Source: Escherichia phage Lw1. From it: a DNA stretch of 64,000 bases. The notes under the pieces are model-generated. The model had not been told where the DNA came from, made no database searches, and saw only the letters and a list, made by a program, of their open reading frames with translations. The DNA lies in sequence record KC801932. One strand, 5' to 3'. Positions 1-10,219 of this stretch are shown piece by piece (position 1 is the stretch's first letter; each line of letters starts with the position of its first letter). Made by a program: the position numbers and the translations under genes.

Positions 1-404
1 CGGTTTTCATTAACTCCGGTTTATCGATGACGCATAGTGAAACGATAATTGATATCCTTCGAAACTATCGTTTTGATAGTGGGTATCCTAAGTTCTGGCC
101 CGATCGTGTTGCGCGTCTGGATGGTAACGGAAACCAGACATTTGACCTTGTGACAGGCGAAGCATTGTACGAACCTCACCCTAACGCGGGGCAACCGTTC
201 GATGTTCCTCCAGAATACGACATTGACGAACAACCGCTGAATGGTGTATTGCCGTCCGCGCGTAGATTCGATCAAAGTCCGCTGTTCGATAGTTCTGCGG
301 TTAAATACTCTCAGTTCCGTAACTTAGTGGAAAAACGATTGAAAGACGACGCGGGTAATCCTCGCGATCCGAATCCACCGACTCAGATAAAGGTAGGAAA
401 ATAA
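1..404 (+). CDS. 7: baseplate wedge protein gp7-like, C-terminal part (5' end upstream of window)
   Basis: Reading frame is open from nt 3 with no stop before the first ATG at 27; lies directly upstream of gp8 as in T4 order 7-8-9-10-11-12; identity to gp7 inferred from synteny only. Confidence 0.5.
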   Translation, partial: VFINSGLSMTHSETIIDILRNYRFDSGYPKFWPDRVARLDGNGNQTFDLVTGEALYEPHPNAGQPFDVPPEYDIDEQPLNGVLPSARRFDQSPLFDSSAVKYSQFRNLVEKRLKDDAGNPRDPNPPTQIKVGK

Positions 405-1396
405 TGGCTCAACAAAACATCTACCGTGCGGTCGTAACTGGTAAGTTCCGCACGGAAAACATGATGAACTTTCGTGATATGATCGGGGATGACCCCGATC
501 ACAACTCGATTTATATGTCAATCGGGAGAACAGAACAATGGGCTGATAATGAATCAGATCCTGAGTTTGCTCCCCCGTATCCGAACGATGATACAGATGG
601 TATTGTTGATATGTGGACGCATATGATCGGCACGACGAAAGTTCCTGGCGAAATGATTGATGCAATCGTTCCGCGTAAAGACTGGGGCGATACTCGATAC
701 CCAAACCCGAAAATATTCTATGTGAATGATATCGTGGTTGTCAACTCCGCTCCTTATAACCGTACTGACTATGGTAAAGGATGGATGGTATACCGCGTTG
801 TAGACGTTCCTGATATCGGTTCTTGCTCTATCTCCAGTATCACGGGTAAAGTTGAATGTGTGCGCATTGGTGGCGTTTGGACGCCTACTCATGAATCTGT
901 CGAACCCCCGCGCGGGGAAGCAAACGGGATTGATATGGGTGACGGGTATATTTGGGAATATCTCTATACTATCCCTCCTGATGTCGTGATCAACCGTTGC
1001 ACAAACGAACATATTGTCGTTCCATTCCCTGATGAACTTGAAGAAGATCCGGTACGCTGGGGTTACGATAACGTGATTAAATGGTATCCAGATATGTATG
1101 ATTTGGTGTTCCGTATGAAGGTACACTCAATGCGATTCCGTGCATATATGGATTCTCTGTTCTTCCCGCAAGCCTCATTACCTGGCAACCGTGGGTTCCG
1201 TCAAGTCAGCGTGATTGTTAACCCTCTGCTCAAAAAGGCGCAACCAACAGATCCAGAAGTGAAAGCAACCGGACAATTTTATACACGGGATCAGCTTGAA
1301 CTTGATTCAGGGCAAATGATCTACATGGAAAACAGACAACCGATTATTCGTTCTCCTGATCAGACCGAAGAAGTCAGTATTATTTTCGAATTCTAA
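404..1396 (+). CDS. 8: baseplate wedge protein gp8
   Basis: 330 aa; strong similarity along the length to T4 gp8 as recalled (e.g. YRAVVTGKFRTE, RKDWGDTRYP, NRCTNEHIVVP, MIYMENRQPII); synteny. Confidence 0.85.
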   Translation: MAQQNIYRAVVTGKFRTENMMNFRDMIGDDPDHNSIYMSIGRTEQWADNESDPEFAPPYPNDDTDGIVDMWTHMIGTTKVPGEMIDAIVPRKDWGDTRYPNPKIFYVNDIVVVNSAPYNRTDYGKGWMVYRVVDVPDIGSCSISSITGKVECVRIGGVWTPTHESVEPPRGEANGIDMGDGYIWEYLYTIPPDVVINRCTNEHIVVPFPDELEEDPVRWGYDNVIKWYPDMYDLVFRMKVHSMRFRAYMDSLFFPQASLPGNRGFRQVSVIVNPLLKKAQPTDPEVKATGQFYTRDQLELDSGQMIYMENRQPIIRSPDQTEEVSIIFEF

Positions 1397-1406
1397 GGAA
1401 AACATA

Positions 1407-2270
1407 ATGGCATATCAAACAGGCAAAAAATTAATTGACGTGGGGCAGATCGGCAACCCGTCAACTGGTGACCCGCTGTATGACGGCGGTGTAAAACTTA
1501 ACGAAATCATCACCAACGTGTATAACGCGTTTGGTGATGTGCGTTTACTGACTGCAAACGATGGTGTGGGTACAATGCTGCTCCACGCTACCGGATATTT
1601 TCAGAAGTTACCACGTACCTATTATTCAGGCAATCCGATCGAACTGGGTTCCTTGCATGATATGGATACGTCAACAGGACCGATCACGGTTGTTCTTCCT
1701 TCTGGCAAAGCGGGTGAAGGATGTTATTTCATAAATAGTAACGGTAGTATTTCTGTTGACCGTCCTCTGGTGTTCCGTCCTCAAGTTGGCGATAATATCA
1801 AAGGTGTCCAGGATCAGCTTTACATCACCTCTCCATACACCCAGATTAAATTGTGGTGTGTTAAGAAAGAGGGTTCTGTAACCACATGGGATTATTCAGT
1901 CGAATCAATGTTCGGCTCTAAAACAATGCCAGTGGATACTACCAAACTAATTCTGAAAGCATCACCGACCGCAATTCCTTTATTCGGTTACACTGAATTC
2001 AGCGGGGCGAAATTGCTCGTATATGCTGAAAGTATGACAGGAACAGTCAATAAAATGGCTGAAATCCTTCTCGCGGTAGACCGTATTGCTAAAGGCGTGT
2101 ATTCAACAGAATATGCTGTTCTGAAAAATAGCGATGACGATATGTACACCCTTACTTTCACTGTCGGCGCTGGTGATGTGGTATATGCAAACGTACAATC
2201 CAAAGTCGAAGATCGCATTAAGTTTTCGATTAAAGCGATTGACACCATTAAATCAGGGATCGCAGCATGA
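1407..2270 (+). CDS. 9: baseplate wedge / long-tail-fibre socket protein gp9
   Basis: 287 aa; KKLIDVGQIGNPSTGD..., CYFINSNGSISV and SVESMFG match recalled T4 gp9; synteny. Confidence 0.85.
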   Translation: MAYQTGKKLIDVGQIGNPSTGDPLYDGGVKLNEIITNVYNAFGDVRLLTANDGVGTMLLHATGYFQKLPRTYYSGNPIELGSLHDMDTSTGPITVVLPSGKAGEGCYFINSNGSISVDRPLVFRPQVGDNIKGVQDQLYITSPYTQIKLWCVKKEGSVTTWDYSVESMFGSKTMPVDTTKLILKASPTAIPLFGYTEFSGAKLLVYAESMTGTVNKMAEILLAVDRIAKGVYSTEYAVLKNSDDDMYTLTFTVGAGDVVYANVQSKVEDRIKFSIKAIDTIKSGIAA

Positions 2271-4084
2271 AACAAGAAATTATTATAGGTAACGTGGTTG
2301 ATGACGGCGCTGGCGATTACTTACGCCGTGGTGGTCAAAAAACAAACGCGAACTTTACCGAATTATATGAAAAGCTGGGTGACGGGGAAATCCCTCACCC
2401 AGCGGGTGCGTGGAAAACGCATTCCGCTCCTACATTGAACCCTATTTTTGGTGATTCATGGGCGCTGAATACCAGTAACAACCGTATTACTGTAAACCTC
2501 CCTAAAGGGGGCGTAAGCGATTATAACAAGGTTATTCGTCTGCGTGATGTTTGGAGTAAATGGGCGGTTAACAACGTGCGTATCGTTCCGGCAACGGGAG
2601 ACACCATCAAAGGTTCACCAACTTACAAAGAACTGTACAAAGATTTCATGGATGTTGAACTGGTTTATTGTGCTCCTGGGCGTTGGGAATACGTCGAGAA
2701 CAAACAGGTTGACAAAATAACAACTTCGGATCTGGCTACCGTAGCGAAAGAAACCTATATCGCAACTCAGGGACAGACAGACTTCCCGAATGTGTTCGGT
2801 CCTGGCAACATGTACAACGTTCGTGCTCTCGAAGTCTACTATCGTGGTAACTTGCTGTACATCGACGATAAGAACGGCTTTAATGAAGCAAACAGTGATT
2901 ACGGTTCGCCTGGGGCAACTGCGGGGCAACTCGTAGAACTGGATGGAACCAACATACGCCTTAAACGTCCCTGTAACGCTGGTGACACGCTTCAATTTGT
3001 CACCTATATGGATGGTATAGCAACATGGCGTTCGACGTATGAAGCGCATACAATGCGCGTATACAACACTGGAGACACTGAACTTGTGAGCGTACCTGGT
3101 GAAATCTGGGTTGGCGATCTGGCTAACAAGAAAGAATTCACCACTGCTGAATTTGGTATCAGTTCCCGTGTGTTGATTAACCCGAATTCATTCGAACTGC
3201 TGCTGAACGGTCGTCAGCTTGTAAAAGCAGGTGATGCGGATCTTCCTACGTTTGTTTGTGAAGGTGCGGAAGGTTATGATGAAGATAGCTGTTTGGCTAA
3301 CTCCGGTTTATGGGTTCCGTCTGGACAGGATTACAGTCTAATCTTTGTTAACTCTATTGTGACTGGGATTAAGTTTCATCAGGCACTGGAAACCCGCGAT
3401 GTGGTAACAATCCGTTGGTTCAATAACGATATCGGAACCGTAATGGAATGGGACGGCGTAGGCGGTATTAAAGAGCATACGGATAAACTGTATCTGAATA
3501 ACGAAGACGAATTGACTTTGGTTAATCAGATTGAATATACAGACTACAACAACCCGTCACAAAAAACAATGCGTAAGGTTGCAGATCCTTTCGTTGGTCG
3601 TCTGTTGGATTTGCAAGCGTTTTTCGATGTGATTCACCCTATTGGGACAATTTACGAAAACGCACACAACGACGCAAACCCAGGCGATTATATGGGATTT
3701 GGTATCTGGACACGATATGCAGAAGGGATGTTTATTGCTGGTTGGACTACCGATGCAGCAGATAGCGATTTTGGGCTGAACAATAACGATCTGGATGGTT
3801 CCGGTCAACCTACACACACATCAGGTGGTACTGGTGGTGAACGCGGCTACGAAATCAAACCGATCAACGTTCCACAAATCGAATCTACCGATAAAGTTCT
3901 GATTAAGGACGATAACGGGATCATTATCATTGGTGGTTGTCAGGTTGACCCAGATGCAACAGGACCAGGATACACTAAATACCGTGAGGATGTATTGAAA
4001 GTAAATCAGGGTAATACTACTCCTGATAAGCTGAAAACGCTCCCTCCGTATATTACTGCACATCGCTGGATAAGGGTAGCATAA
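2267..4084 (+). CDS. 10: baseplate wedge protein gp10
   Basis: 605 aa; N-terminus IGNVVDDGAGDYLRRGG and C-terminus YTKYRED...RWIRVA match recalled T4 gp10; start overlaps gp9 stop. Confidence 0.85.
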   Translation: MKQEIIIGNVVDDGAGDYLRRGGQKTNANFTELYEKLGDGEIPHPAGAWKTHSAPTLNPIFGDSWALNTSNNRITVNLPKGGVSDYNKVIRLRDVWSKWAVNNVRIVPATGDTIKGSPTYKELYKDFMDVELVYCAPGRWEYVENKQVDKITTSDLATVAKETYIATQGQTDFPNVFGPGNMYNVRALEVYYRGNLLYIDDKNGFNEANSDYGSPGATAGQLVELDGTNIRLKRPCNAGDTLQFVTYMDGIATWRSTYEAHTMRVYNTGDTELVSVPGEIWVGDLANKKEFTTAEFGISSRVLINPNSFELLLNGRQLVKAGDADLPTFVCEGAEGYDEDSCLANSGLWVPSGQDYSLIFVNSIVTGIKFHQALETRDVVTIRWFNNDIGTVMEWDGVGGIKEHTDKLYLNNEDELTLVNQIEYTDYNNPSQKTMRKVADPFVGRLLDLQAFFDVIHPIGTIYENAHNDANPGDYMGFGIWTRYAEGMFIAGWTTDAADSDFGLNNNDLDGSGQPTHTSGGTGGERGYEIKPINVPQIESTDKVLIKDDNGIIIIGGCQVDPDATGPGYTKYREDVLKVNQGNTTPDKLKTLPPYITAHRWIRVA

Positions 4085-4746
4085 TGACACAATTTATTTC
4101 AAAGACAAGGGAGGGGGCGAAAGTCCCTTCTCGTGAAGCAGACTTTTTGCAATATGAAATGGGTACGAAAGAACCCCTTATTGGTGGTAAACGTACCATC
4201 GGCGGTGCAAACGTTGATCAGCTTCGCAAAGGGATAGACTATCCCAACGTACAATCAGCAATCGATGACCTGTATTCTCTGACTCAACAGATCCCGATTA
4301 ACGGGGTTATCATGATGACAGAAGACAGTCCACCGACCGCTGTTCAGCAGGTAGAAACAATCACGTTTGATGGAACTGTACAAAATCCAGATCCAGACCA
4401 AACGAAAGCAACCGTTCATGTTTATGGCTTTCCGTTTGTATTCGATAACACAACGAACGCCTCTACGGTATGCGAAACAGTATTCAACAAGTTTACTGAA
4501 TTTGTCAACGACGAAAAATATTTCGATCTGGTTACGCGTAAAGGATTGAACGGGGAAATTCTGGAAGTTCGTTTTATTGATGCGGTTCCACATCCGGTAA
4601 CTAACGCAACAGAAAACGGGATCTCTATGGTTGGTGTAATCGACGTACAGGCGCGTTCTGGTTACGGTACGTGGTCGAAACTGGGTGAGATTGATCTTGC
4701 TGTAACTCCACCTGTTCCGATTTATTATTTCAAACGTATTGCGTAA
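4084..4746 (+). CDS. 11: baseplate wedge protein gp11
   Basis: 220 aa; C-terminal GYGTWSKLG...YYFKRIA resembles T4 gp11 C-terminus; synteny. Confidence 0.8.
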   Translation: MTQFISKTREGAKVPSREADFLQYEMGTKEPLIGGKRTIGGANVDQLRKGIDYPNVQSAIDDLYSLTQQIPINGVIMMTEDSPPTAVQQVETITFDGTVQNPDPDQTKATVHVYGFPFVFDNTTNASTVCETVFNKFTEFVNDEKYFDLVTRKGLNGEILEVRFIDAVPHPVTNATENGISMVGVIDVQARSGYGTWSKLGEIDLAVTPPVPIYYFKRIA

Positions 4747-4755
4747 GGATAACCA

Positions 4756-6147
4756 ATGAGTAACAACACAATTAACCACGTAAGCGATGCGTCAGTTTAC
4801 GTGACTTTCGATCCGGCTGGTACGCAATGGCCTTCGACGTTTACCAACGTACAGCAAGCCCTAGCCTCTATAGGCTCATGGGCGCGTGAAGATGTGGGTT
4901 TGCCTAACGCTGCCCCTGGTGTGCGTGGTATCGCTGCTATTGCTACCGAGGCGATGATTGACGCAGGTACTGACACCGAAACGATCGTTACTCCAGCGCT
5001 GTTGGCATATCGTTTACAGAATCCTCATGCGTCACAAACTGTATGGGGTTATACCCGTTATGCGACCGATGCAGAAGCAACCACAATCACTAACGATTTG
5101 GTTTCTGTAACTCCGCGTTCTGTTGATGTTATTTTCAACACCAGACAAGCAACAGAAACTGTATGGGGTTCTGCGAAACTGTCAACTACAGCACAAGCAA
5201 CATCAGGTACTGATGACACAACCGCAATGACTCCATTGAAGGTTAAACAAGCGATCTCCGCTCTGGTTCCGGTTCAATCTAACGCAACGGAAAGTTCGTT
5301 CGGTTTGGTTCAGTTGGCTACGGTTGCAGAAGTCCGCGCAGGTACTATCCGCGATGGATTTGCAATTTCACCATATACGTTTATTCGTCTGAATGCAACA
5401 GAATCCGATCTAGGTATTATTCGAATAGCTTCACAGGGTGAAGTCAACACAGGCGCTGATGATACAAAAGCTGTTACCCCGCTGAAACTGGCTAACTTGA
5501 AAGGTTCTGGTAGCGCGTTTGGTTTGGTTAAATTATCAACAGATGTAAACACAGGGCTGGCGAACACAGCGCTTTCTGCTGGTGCTAACGTGGTTCCGAG
5601 CAACCGTGATAGTGCAATTACTGGTGGTGCTCTGTATCAGGGTTCAGTTACTGGTGCTAATAAATACCAAACACATAGCGACGTTGAAGCAAATATTCCT
5701 ATTGGGTGTATGATGCTCGCGGCATTCAACTCAGATTACGGAAACCTGTTTATCGCAAACGGTCGCGCGATGAATAGAAACGCAAACCCAGAACTATTTG
5801 CACGTATTGGCTACGCATATGGCGGTAGTGGTGATATTTTCAACCTCCCAGATATGCGCGGGGTTGCTGCTCGTGGTTTCGATGCGGGACGTGGGTTAGA
5901 TCCTGGTCGCGGGTTTGGTACATATCAGGCCGATGCGTTTGCGTATCACGAACATAACCTACAGATGATTTTGCTGAACGGCGGTAATATTCCATCAAGT
6001 CAGGCTGTTTATGAACTGAAATGGGCCAAGAAAAATGACCAACGAATCTATGATTTAGATCCGAACTATAGCAAAGCTAAGGGTGTTGGTGCTAACGAAA
6101 CGCGAATGAAAAACGTTGCGGTCAACTATGTAATTCGAGTACGATAA
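4756..6147 (+). CDS. 12: short tail fibre protein gp12
   Basis: 463 aa; repeated A-x-x-G-T/A-DDT-x-A-x-TP fibre repeats; C-terminus NVAVNYVIRVR resembles gp12/gp37 C-terminal receptor-binding region; synteny. Confidence 0.8.
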   Translation: MSNNTINHVSDASVYVTFDPAGTQWPSTFTNVQQALASIGSWAREDVGLPNAAPGVRGIAAIATEAMIDAGTDTETIVTPALLAYRLQNPHASQTVWGYTRYATDAEATTITNDLVSVTPRSVDVIFNTRQATETVWGSAKLSTTAQATSGTDDTTAMTPLKVKQAISALVPVQSNATESSFGLVQLATVAEVRAGTIRDGFAISPYTFIRLNATESDLGIIRIASQGEVNTGADDTKAVTPLKLANLKGSGSAFGLVKLSTDVNTGLANTALSAGANVVPSNRDSAITGGALYQGSVTGANKYQTHSDVEANIPIGCMMLAAFNSDYGNLFIANGRAMNRNANPELFARIGYAYGGSGDIFNLPDMRGVAARGFDAGRGLDPGRGFGTYQADAFAYHEHNLQMILLNGGNIPSSQAVYELKWAKKNDQRIYDLDPNYSKAKGVGANETRMKNVAVNYVIRVR

Positions 6148-6159
6148 AGGGGTTAATCC

Positions 6160-8448
6160 ATGATTTCAAAACTTAACCCGTTACCAAAGATCCCGTTTGT
6201 TGATGGTGTCCCTTCGGACACCACACAAACCCCGATCAGTTGGATTCTTAACGGTGAGACTCTCGACGGGGCCAAAACAAAGGTCACTAGCGAGGGTTCT
6301 TTAAACAGATGCGGCGTTCTGGTTCAAAAGAACGCGGTGCAATTGGAAACAAACACCATTACGCAAACGGCAAAAATCAACGAAGTTATCGATCAAGTTA
6401 ACCTCATTAGTGAAAACCTCGCGGCTATTTCTGATGAAAGCGTGATCGAAAAACTGGATCAGGTCGTTGCTGATGTGGAAGTGTTAAAAGTCGATATGAC
6501 TGCGGTTCAAGGTTCTACCGCAAGCAATACCCTGAAAATTCAGGATCTCGATAAAGATATCGGGACATGGGATGCTACAACAGATCCAAAACACCGAACC
6601 ATTCGCAAAGATATTATTTTTCTGAAAGGGGAAATGGGCGCATATCCTGGATTTAATCAGGACGGTGACGTAGATCCTACTTCAACTGGCTCTGGAATGA
6701 AATACAAAATCATGACGAACGCGCAAGCGATTTCGATTCATGAAGGGCGTATTACCAGACTGGAAGACGATTGGGCCAACTCAGATGTAGGCCATTTAAC
6801 TGATGAAGTTACCGACTTGCGTAATGAAATGGGGCCGAAACATTTAGCAACGTTTGAATCGGTGTACGTTCGTCTGAATAAAATTGGTACGGATATCACT
6901 GGGATTAATACCGAACTGACAGAAATCAACCAATATATCGGTCGTACTGGTACAGGTGGTTCTGGAAGTATTTCTGCTCGAATGACTACGGCAGAAACGA
7001 ATATTGTTACTCTGCAAACGCAGATGAATGATTCTTCCGTTGGTGTTCTTCCTCGCGTAATTTCTCTTGAAAACCAAGTTGGGAATTCGCAGGTTCCGGG
7101 TAGTATTCGTTATGATATCAGTAATATCAAACGTGACATTAGCGACCTGAATATGGTTGTTGGTGAATCAAGCGATGAAGGGCTACGGGGCGAAATGGCT
7201 CAGGTTATGTCCGATATCGGTACAGATTCACAACCTACAAGCATTAAAGGCCGTCTGCTTAACGTAGAGAATACGCAGCGCGACGATCACCAGCGTTTGA
7301 TTGATGTCGAATCTATTGTTGGTAACACCTCAAGCGGACTTGTTGCGGCTAACATCGCAATGGGTAAAGCGGTTTATGGTGATGCAACCAGTTCAGATCC
7401 GTTCCTCAAAGACGGTATTCAGAAAACGACTCGCGATAGCAAAACTGCAATTGGTGTCAACACTACAGGTTCTGAAACTGGAATCTATAAGTTGATTTCC
7501 GATCTGACTGCTCGTGTTGCTGCTCTGGAAAGTGGTTCTGGTAGTGATCTCGAACAGCGTGTTTCCGATCTTGAAGTCAATAAAGCATCGCATCAGGACG
7601 TTACAAACGCACTGGTTCCGTATATTACTGAAACTGAGGCCGATATCAAGTACGAACCGAAGAAGATTCCGCTTGCGTTCACTCAAAACCTCGTTGGTCG
7701 AAATGATTATATCGAAGGTGATGACATTTCTCTGATGGTTACTGTATCTGGTGGTAAAGTCCCTTATGCGTACCAGTGGAAGAAAGACAACGCGAACGTA
7801 GGTACGAACGCATCAAGTTTGATGATCCAGACCATCACATCGGCTAACGCTGGCGTGTATAAGGTTGAAGTAACTGACGCAGATAACACGGTTATCACTT
7901 CTAACGAATTGACAATTGCTGTTTATCCGGTTCCTCAGTTCGATACTAACCTGGCTGATAAATCAGTGGTTGACGGTGATCCTCTGACTCTGGAAGTTGT
8001 GTATAGCGGCGGTAAACCTTCGTACACTTACGAGTGGTTCAAAGATAACTCTGTTATCTCTGGGGCAACATCAGCAACATTTACCAAATCTGCGGTTACA
8101 AGTGCCGATGCTGGTGAATACTATGTTTCTGTGACTGACTCGATGAACAACCAAAATGATTCAGTGAAAGCAAATGTGACGGTAACACCACGTCCTGCAC
8201 TGGCATTCACTACGGATCTGAGTTCTACTAAATCATATAGCACAGGTGCTGATATGGACCTTGCTGTTGTCGTAACTGGTGGTAAAACACCATATACGTA
8301 CAAATGGTTTAAAGACACTGCGGAAATTTCCGGTCAGACAGGCGCAAGCCTTACCACTGTAGCAGAAGATGGAGTGTATAAAGTCGAAGTGACTGATGCA
8401 CTAACGACTAAAATCACATCAACTGAATGCACGGTAACTGTTGCATAA
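6160..8448 (+). CDS. wac: fibritin (whisker) with three C-terminal Ig-like repeats
   Basis: 762 aa; N-terminus LPKIPFVDGVP...ISWILNGE...SEGSLNR matches recalled T4 wac N-terminus; long serine/threonine-rich coiled-coil segments; last 260 aa are three tandem 85-aa repeats (GGK-x-PY-x-Y-x-W-x-KD ... G-x-Y-x-V-x-VTD). Confidence 0.75.
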   Translation: MISKLNPLPKIPFVDGVPSDTTQTPISWILNGETLDGAKTKVTSEGSLNRCGVLVQKNAVQLETNTITQTAKINEVIDQVNLISENLAAISDESVIEKLDQVVADVEVLKVDMTAVQGSTASNTLKIQDLDKDIGTWDATTDPKHRTIRKDIIFLKGEMGAYPGFNQDGDVDPTSTGSGMKYKIMTNAQAISIHEGRITRLEDDWANSDVGHLTDEVTDLRNEMGPKHLATFESVYVRLNKIGTDITGINTELTEINQYIGRTGTGGSGSISARMTTAETNIVTLQTQMNDSSVGVLPRVISLENQVGNSQVPGSIRYDISNIKRDISDLNMVVGESSDEGLRGEMAQVMSDIGTDSQPTSIKGRLLNVENTQRDDHQRLIDVESIVGNTSSGLVAANIAMGKAVYGDATSSDPFLKDGIQKTTRDSKTAIGVNTTGSETGIYKLISDLTARVAALESGSGSDLEQRVSDLEVNKASHQDVTNALVPYITETEADIKYEPKKIPLAFTQNLVGRNDYIEGDDISLMVTVSGGKVPYAYQWKKDNANVGTNASSLMIQTITSANAGVYKVEVTDADNTVITSNELTIAVYPVPQFDTNLADKSVVDGDPLTLEVVYSGGKPSYTYEWFKDNSVISGATSATFTKSAVTSADAGEYYVSVTDSMNNQNDSVKANVTVTPRPALAFTTDLSSTKSYSTGADMDLAVVVTGGKTPYTYKWFKDTAEISGQTGASLTTVAEDGVYKVEVTDALTTKITSTECTVTVA

Positions 8449-8454
8449 TTTAAC

Positions 8455-8475
8455 AAGGGGCGCAAGCCCCTTTTG
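8455..8475 (+). terminator. stem-loop plus T-run downstream of wac
   Basis: GGGGC-gcaa-GCCCC followed by TTTT. Confidence 0.55.
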
Positions 8476-8483
8476 AGGATCAT

Positions 8484-9407
8484 ATGATTACGAACAACCC
8501 TGAACAATTGAAGGATGAAATTCTTCGTCGTCTGGGCGCACCAATCATCAAAATCGAAATCACACAAGACCAGATTTACGATTGCATTCAACGCGCACTG
8601 GATCTGTATGCGGAATATCATTACAACGGAACAAACAAAAGCTATATTATTCTGACACTGGGCGAAGATAACCCACGCAACGTATTTGATTTGAGCAAAG
8701 AACACATTTTCGCGATCACAAAAGTATTGCGTACAAATATCGGTTCCCTGGTTTCTATGGATGGTACAGCGGTTTATCCGTGGTTTACCGATTTCCTGAT
8801 GGGGCTTACTGGTGGTTCATTGGGCGGTCGCTGTTCATCCAGTGTATACGGTATGAACGCATACGGTGCGGATCTGGGGTATTTTACACAGATGATGTCC
8901 TATCAGCGCTCGATGCAAGATTTGCTGGCTCCGTTGCCTGATTACTGGTACAACGATGACACTGGTCAATTTTGCGCATGGGGTAAAGTCAACTACGGTG
9001 ATATCATTGTTATTGAAGCGATGGTCCGTTCTTTCGTTGACGTTCCTAGTGCCGTAGGAAGCGTTGCAGGATACGCTACAGCGGGTTCTAACGCAGTAGA
9101 AGACCAATCTATAGCCGACATCTACGATAACCCTTATAACGCGGTTGTGGGCGGTGTACGTGCGGGGCAGGGAACAACTGTTACTGGTGGAACCTCTGCA
9201 TATAACAACCGTTGGGTAAAAGACTACTCGACCGCGCTGGTAAAAGAAATCAACGGACAAATTCTGGCTAAGTTCCAGGGTATGCAATTGCCTGGTGGTG
9301 TTGCTCCTGATGGAACGCGACTGATCCAGGAAGCAGAAACCAAATTACAAGGATTGCGCGACGAACTGATTTCTATGTCTGACGCAGTTCCTATTATTAT
9401 GGTGTAG
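8484..9407 (+). CDS. 13: neck protein gp13
   Basis: 307 aa; LRRLGAPIIKIEITQDQIYDCIQRALDLY and YNNRWVKDYSTALVKEINGQILA match recalled T4 gp13. Confidence 0.85.
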   Translation: MITNNPEQLKDEILRRLGAPIIKIEITQDQIYDCIQRALDLYAEYHYNGTNKSYIILTLGEDNPRNVFDLSKEHIFAITKVLRTNIGSLVSMDGTAVYPWFTDFLMGLTGGSLGGRCSSSVYGMNAYGADLGYFTQMMSYQRSMQDLLAPLPDYWYNDDTGQFCAWGKVNYGDIIVIEAMVRSFVDVPSAVGSVAGYATAGSNAVEDQSIADIYDNPYNAVVGGVRAGQGTTVTGGTSAYNNRWVKDYSTALVKEINGQILAKFQGMQLPGGVAPDGTRLIQEAETKLQGLRDELISMSDAVPIIMV

Positions 9408-9415
9408 GGGGAATA

Positions 9416-10162
9416 ATGCAAAACTGGGATGAAAGTTTATTCGCTCAGTTGTCAACGGGAGAGGGAGTTGATCGCAACTTAAAGGATCAAGTTACTAACC
9501 CGTATGTAAACTGGTACAAATATAACCCGACACAACAGCTACACGATTCACTGACAGCAGAATCCATACAGATGAAATCACCTGATATGTATTATGTCAG
9601 ACGTGAATTTGTGAATATAGATAAAATACTGGGTGAAGACCGAGAATCTAAATTTACGAAATCGTGGAAGATTGCGGCATATATTGAATCATACGCCAAC
9701 TACGAAGGACAGCGGGACTTCTTTAGCAAATTTGGGTTGAGTTCTAACGACGAAATGACGCTGGTACTGAATCCGCGTTTATTTGCACATCAAACTGATG
9801 GTGGTATTCCTGTGTTGGGGGATTTGATTTATTTCCCTATGGACAACAGCCTGTTTGAAATTACATGGGTGGAAGCAGATCCGTTCTATCAGTTCGGTGA
9901 TCGTCCTCAACGTAAAATCAACCTGGCTAAATTCATCTACACGGGCGAAGAATTGGCTCCTGAATTGCAGCGAAACGAGGGAATCCATATTGAACCTGAT
10001 GCAGAACTGGATCTTGAACCTATTCGAAATCTCGACGGGCTGGCAGATATCAACATTGAACAGTACGAAGAAGACAAAGAATTTGAAAAAGAAAGTGACG
10101 AGTTCATCGATTCTTTTGATGTTGTCAACGGACGCGGATCTCCATTCGCAACGTTGCCCTAA
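9416..10162 (+). CDS. 14: neck protein gp14
   Basis: 248 aa; NPYVNWYKYNPTQQLHDSLTAESIQM and DLIYFPMDNSLFEITWVE match recalled T4 gp14. Confidence 0.85.
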   Translation: MQNWDESLFAQLSTGEGVDRNLKDQVTNPYVNWYKYNPTQQLHDSLTAESIQMKSPDMYYVRREFVNIDKILGEDRESKFTKSWKIAAYIESYANYEGQRDFFSKFGLSSNDEMTLVLNPRLFAHQTDGGIPVLGDLIYFPMDNSLFEITWVEADPFYQFGDRPQRKINLAKFIYTGEELAPELQRNEGIHIEPDAELDLEPIRNLDGLADINIEQYEEDKEFEKESDEFIDSFDVVNGRGSPFATLP

Positions 10163-10219
10163 ATAGTTTATATGGGTATAGGCGAAAGTCTGTACCCTCT
10201 TCGAAGAGGATTTTATGAT

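Noticed and set aside
554-1126. 190-aa minus-strand ORF inside gp8
   Set aside because: Antisense to a well-supported structural gene; no start context; shadow ORF
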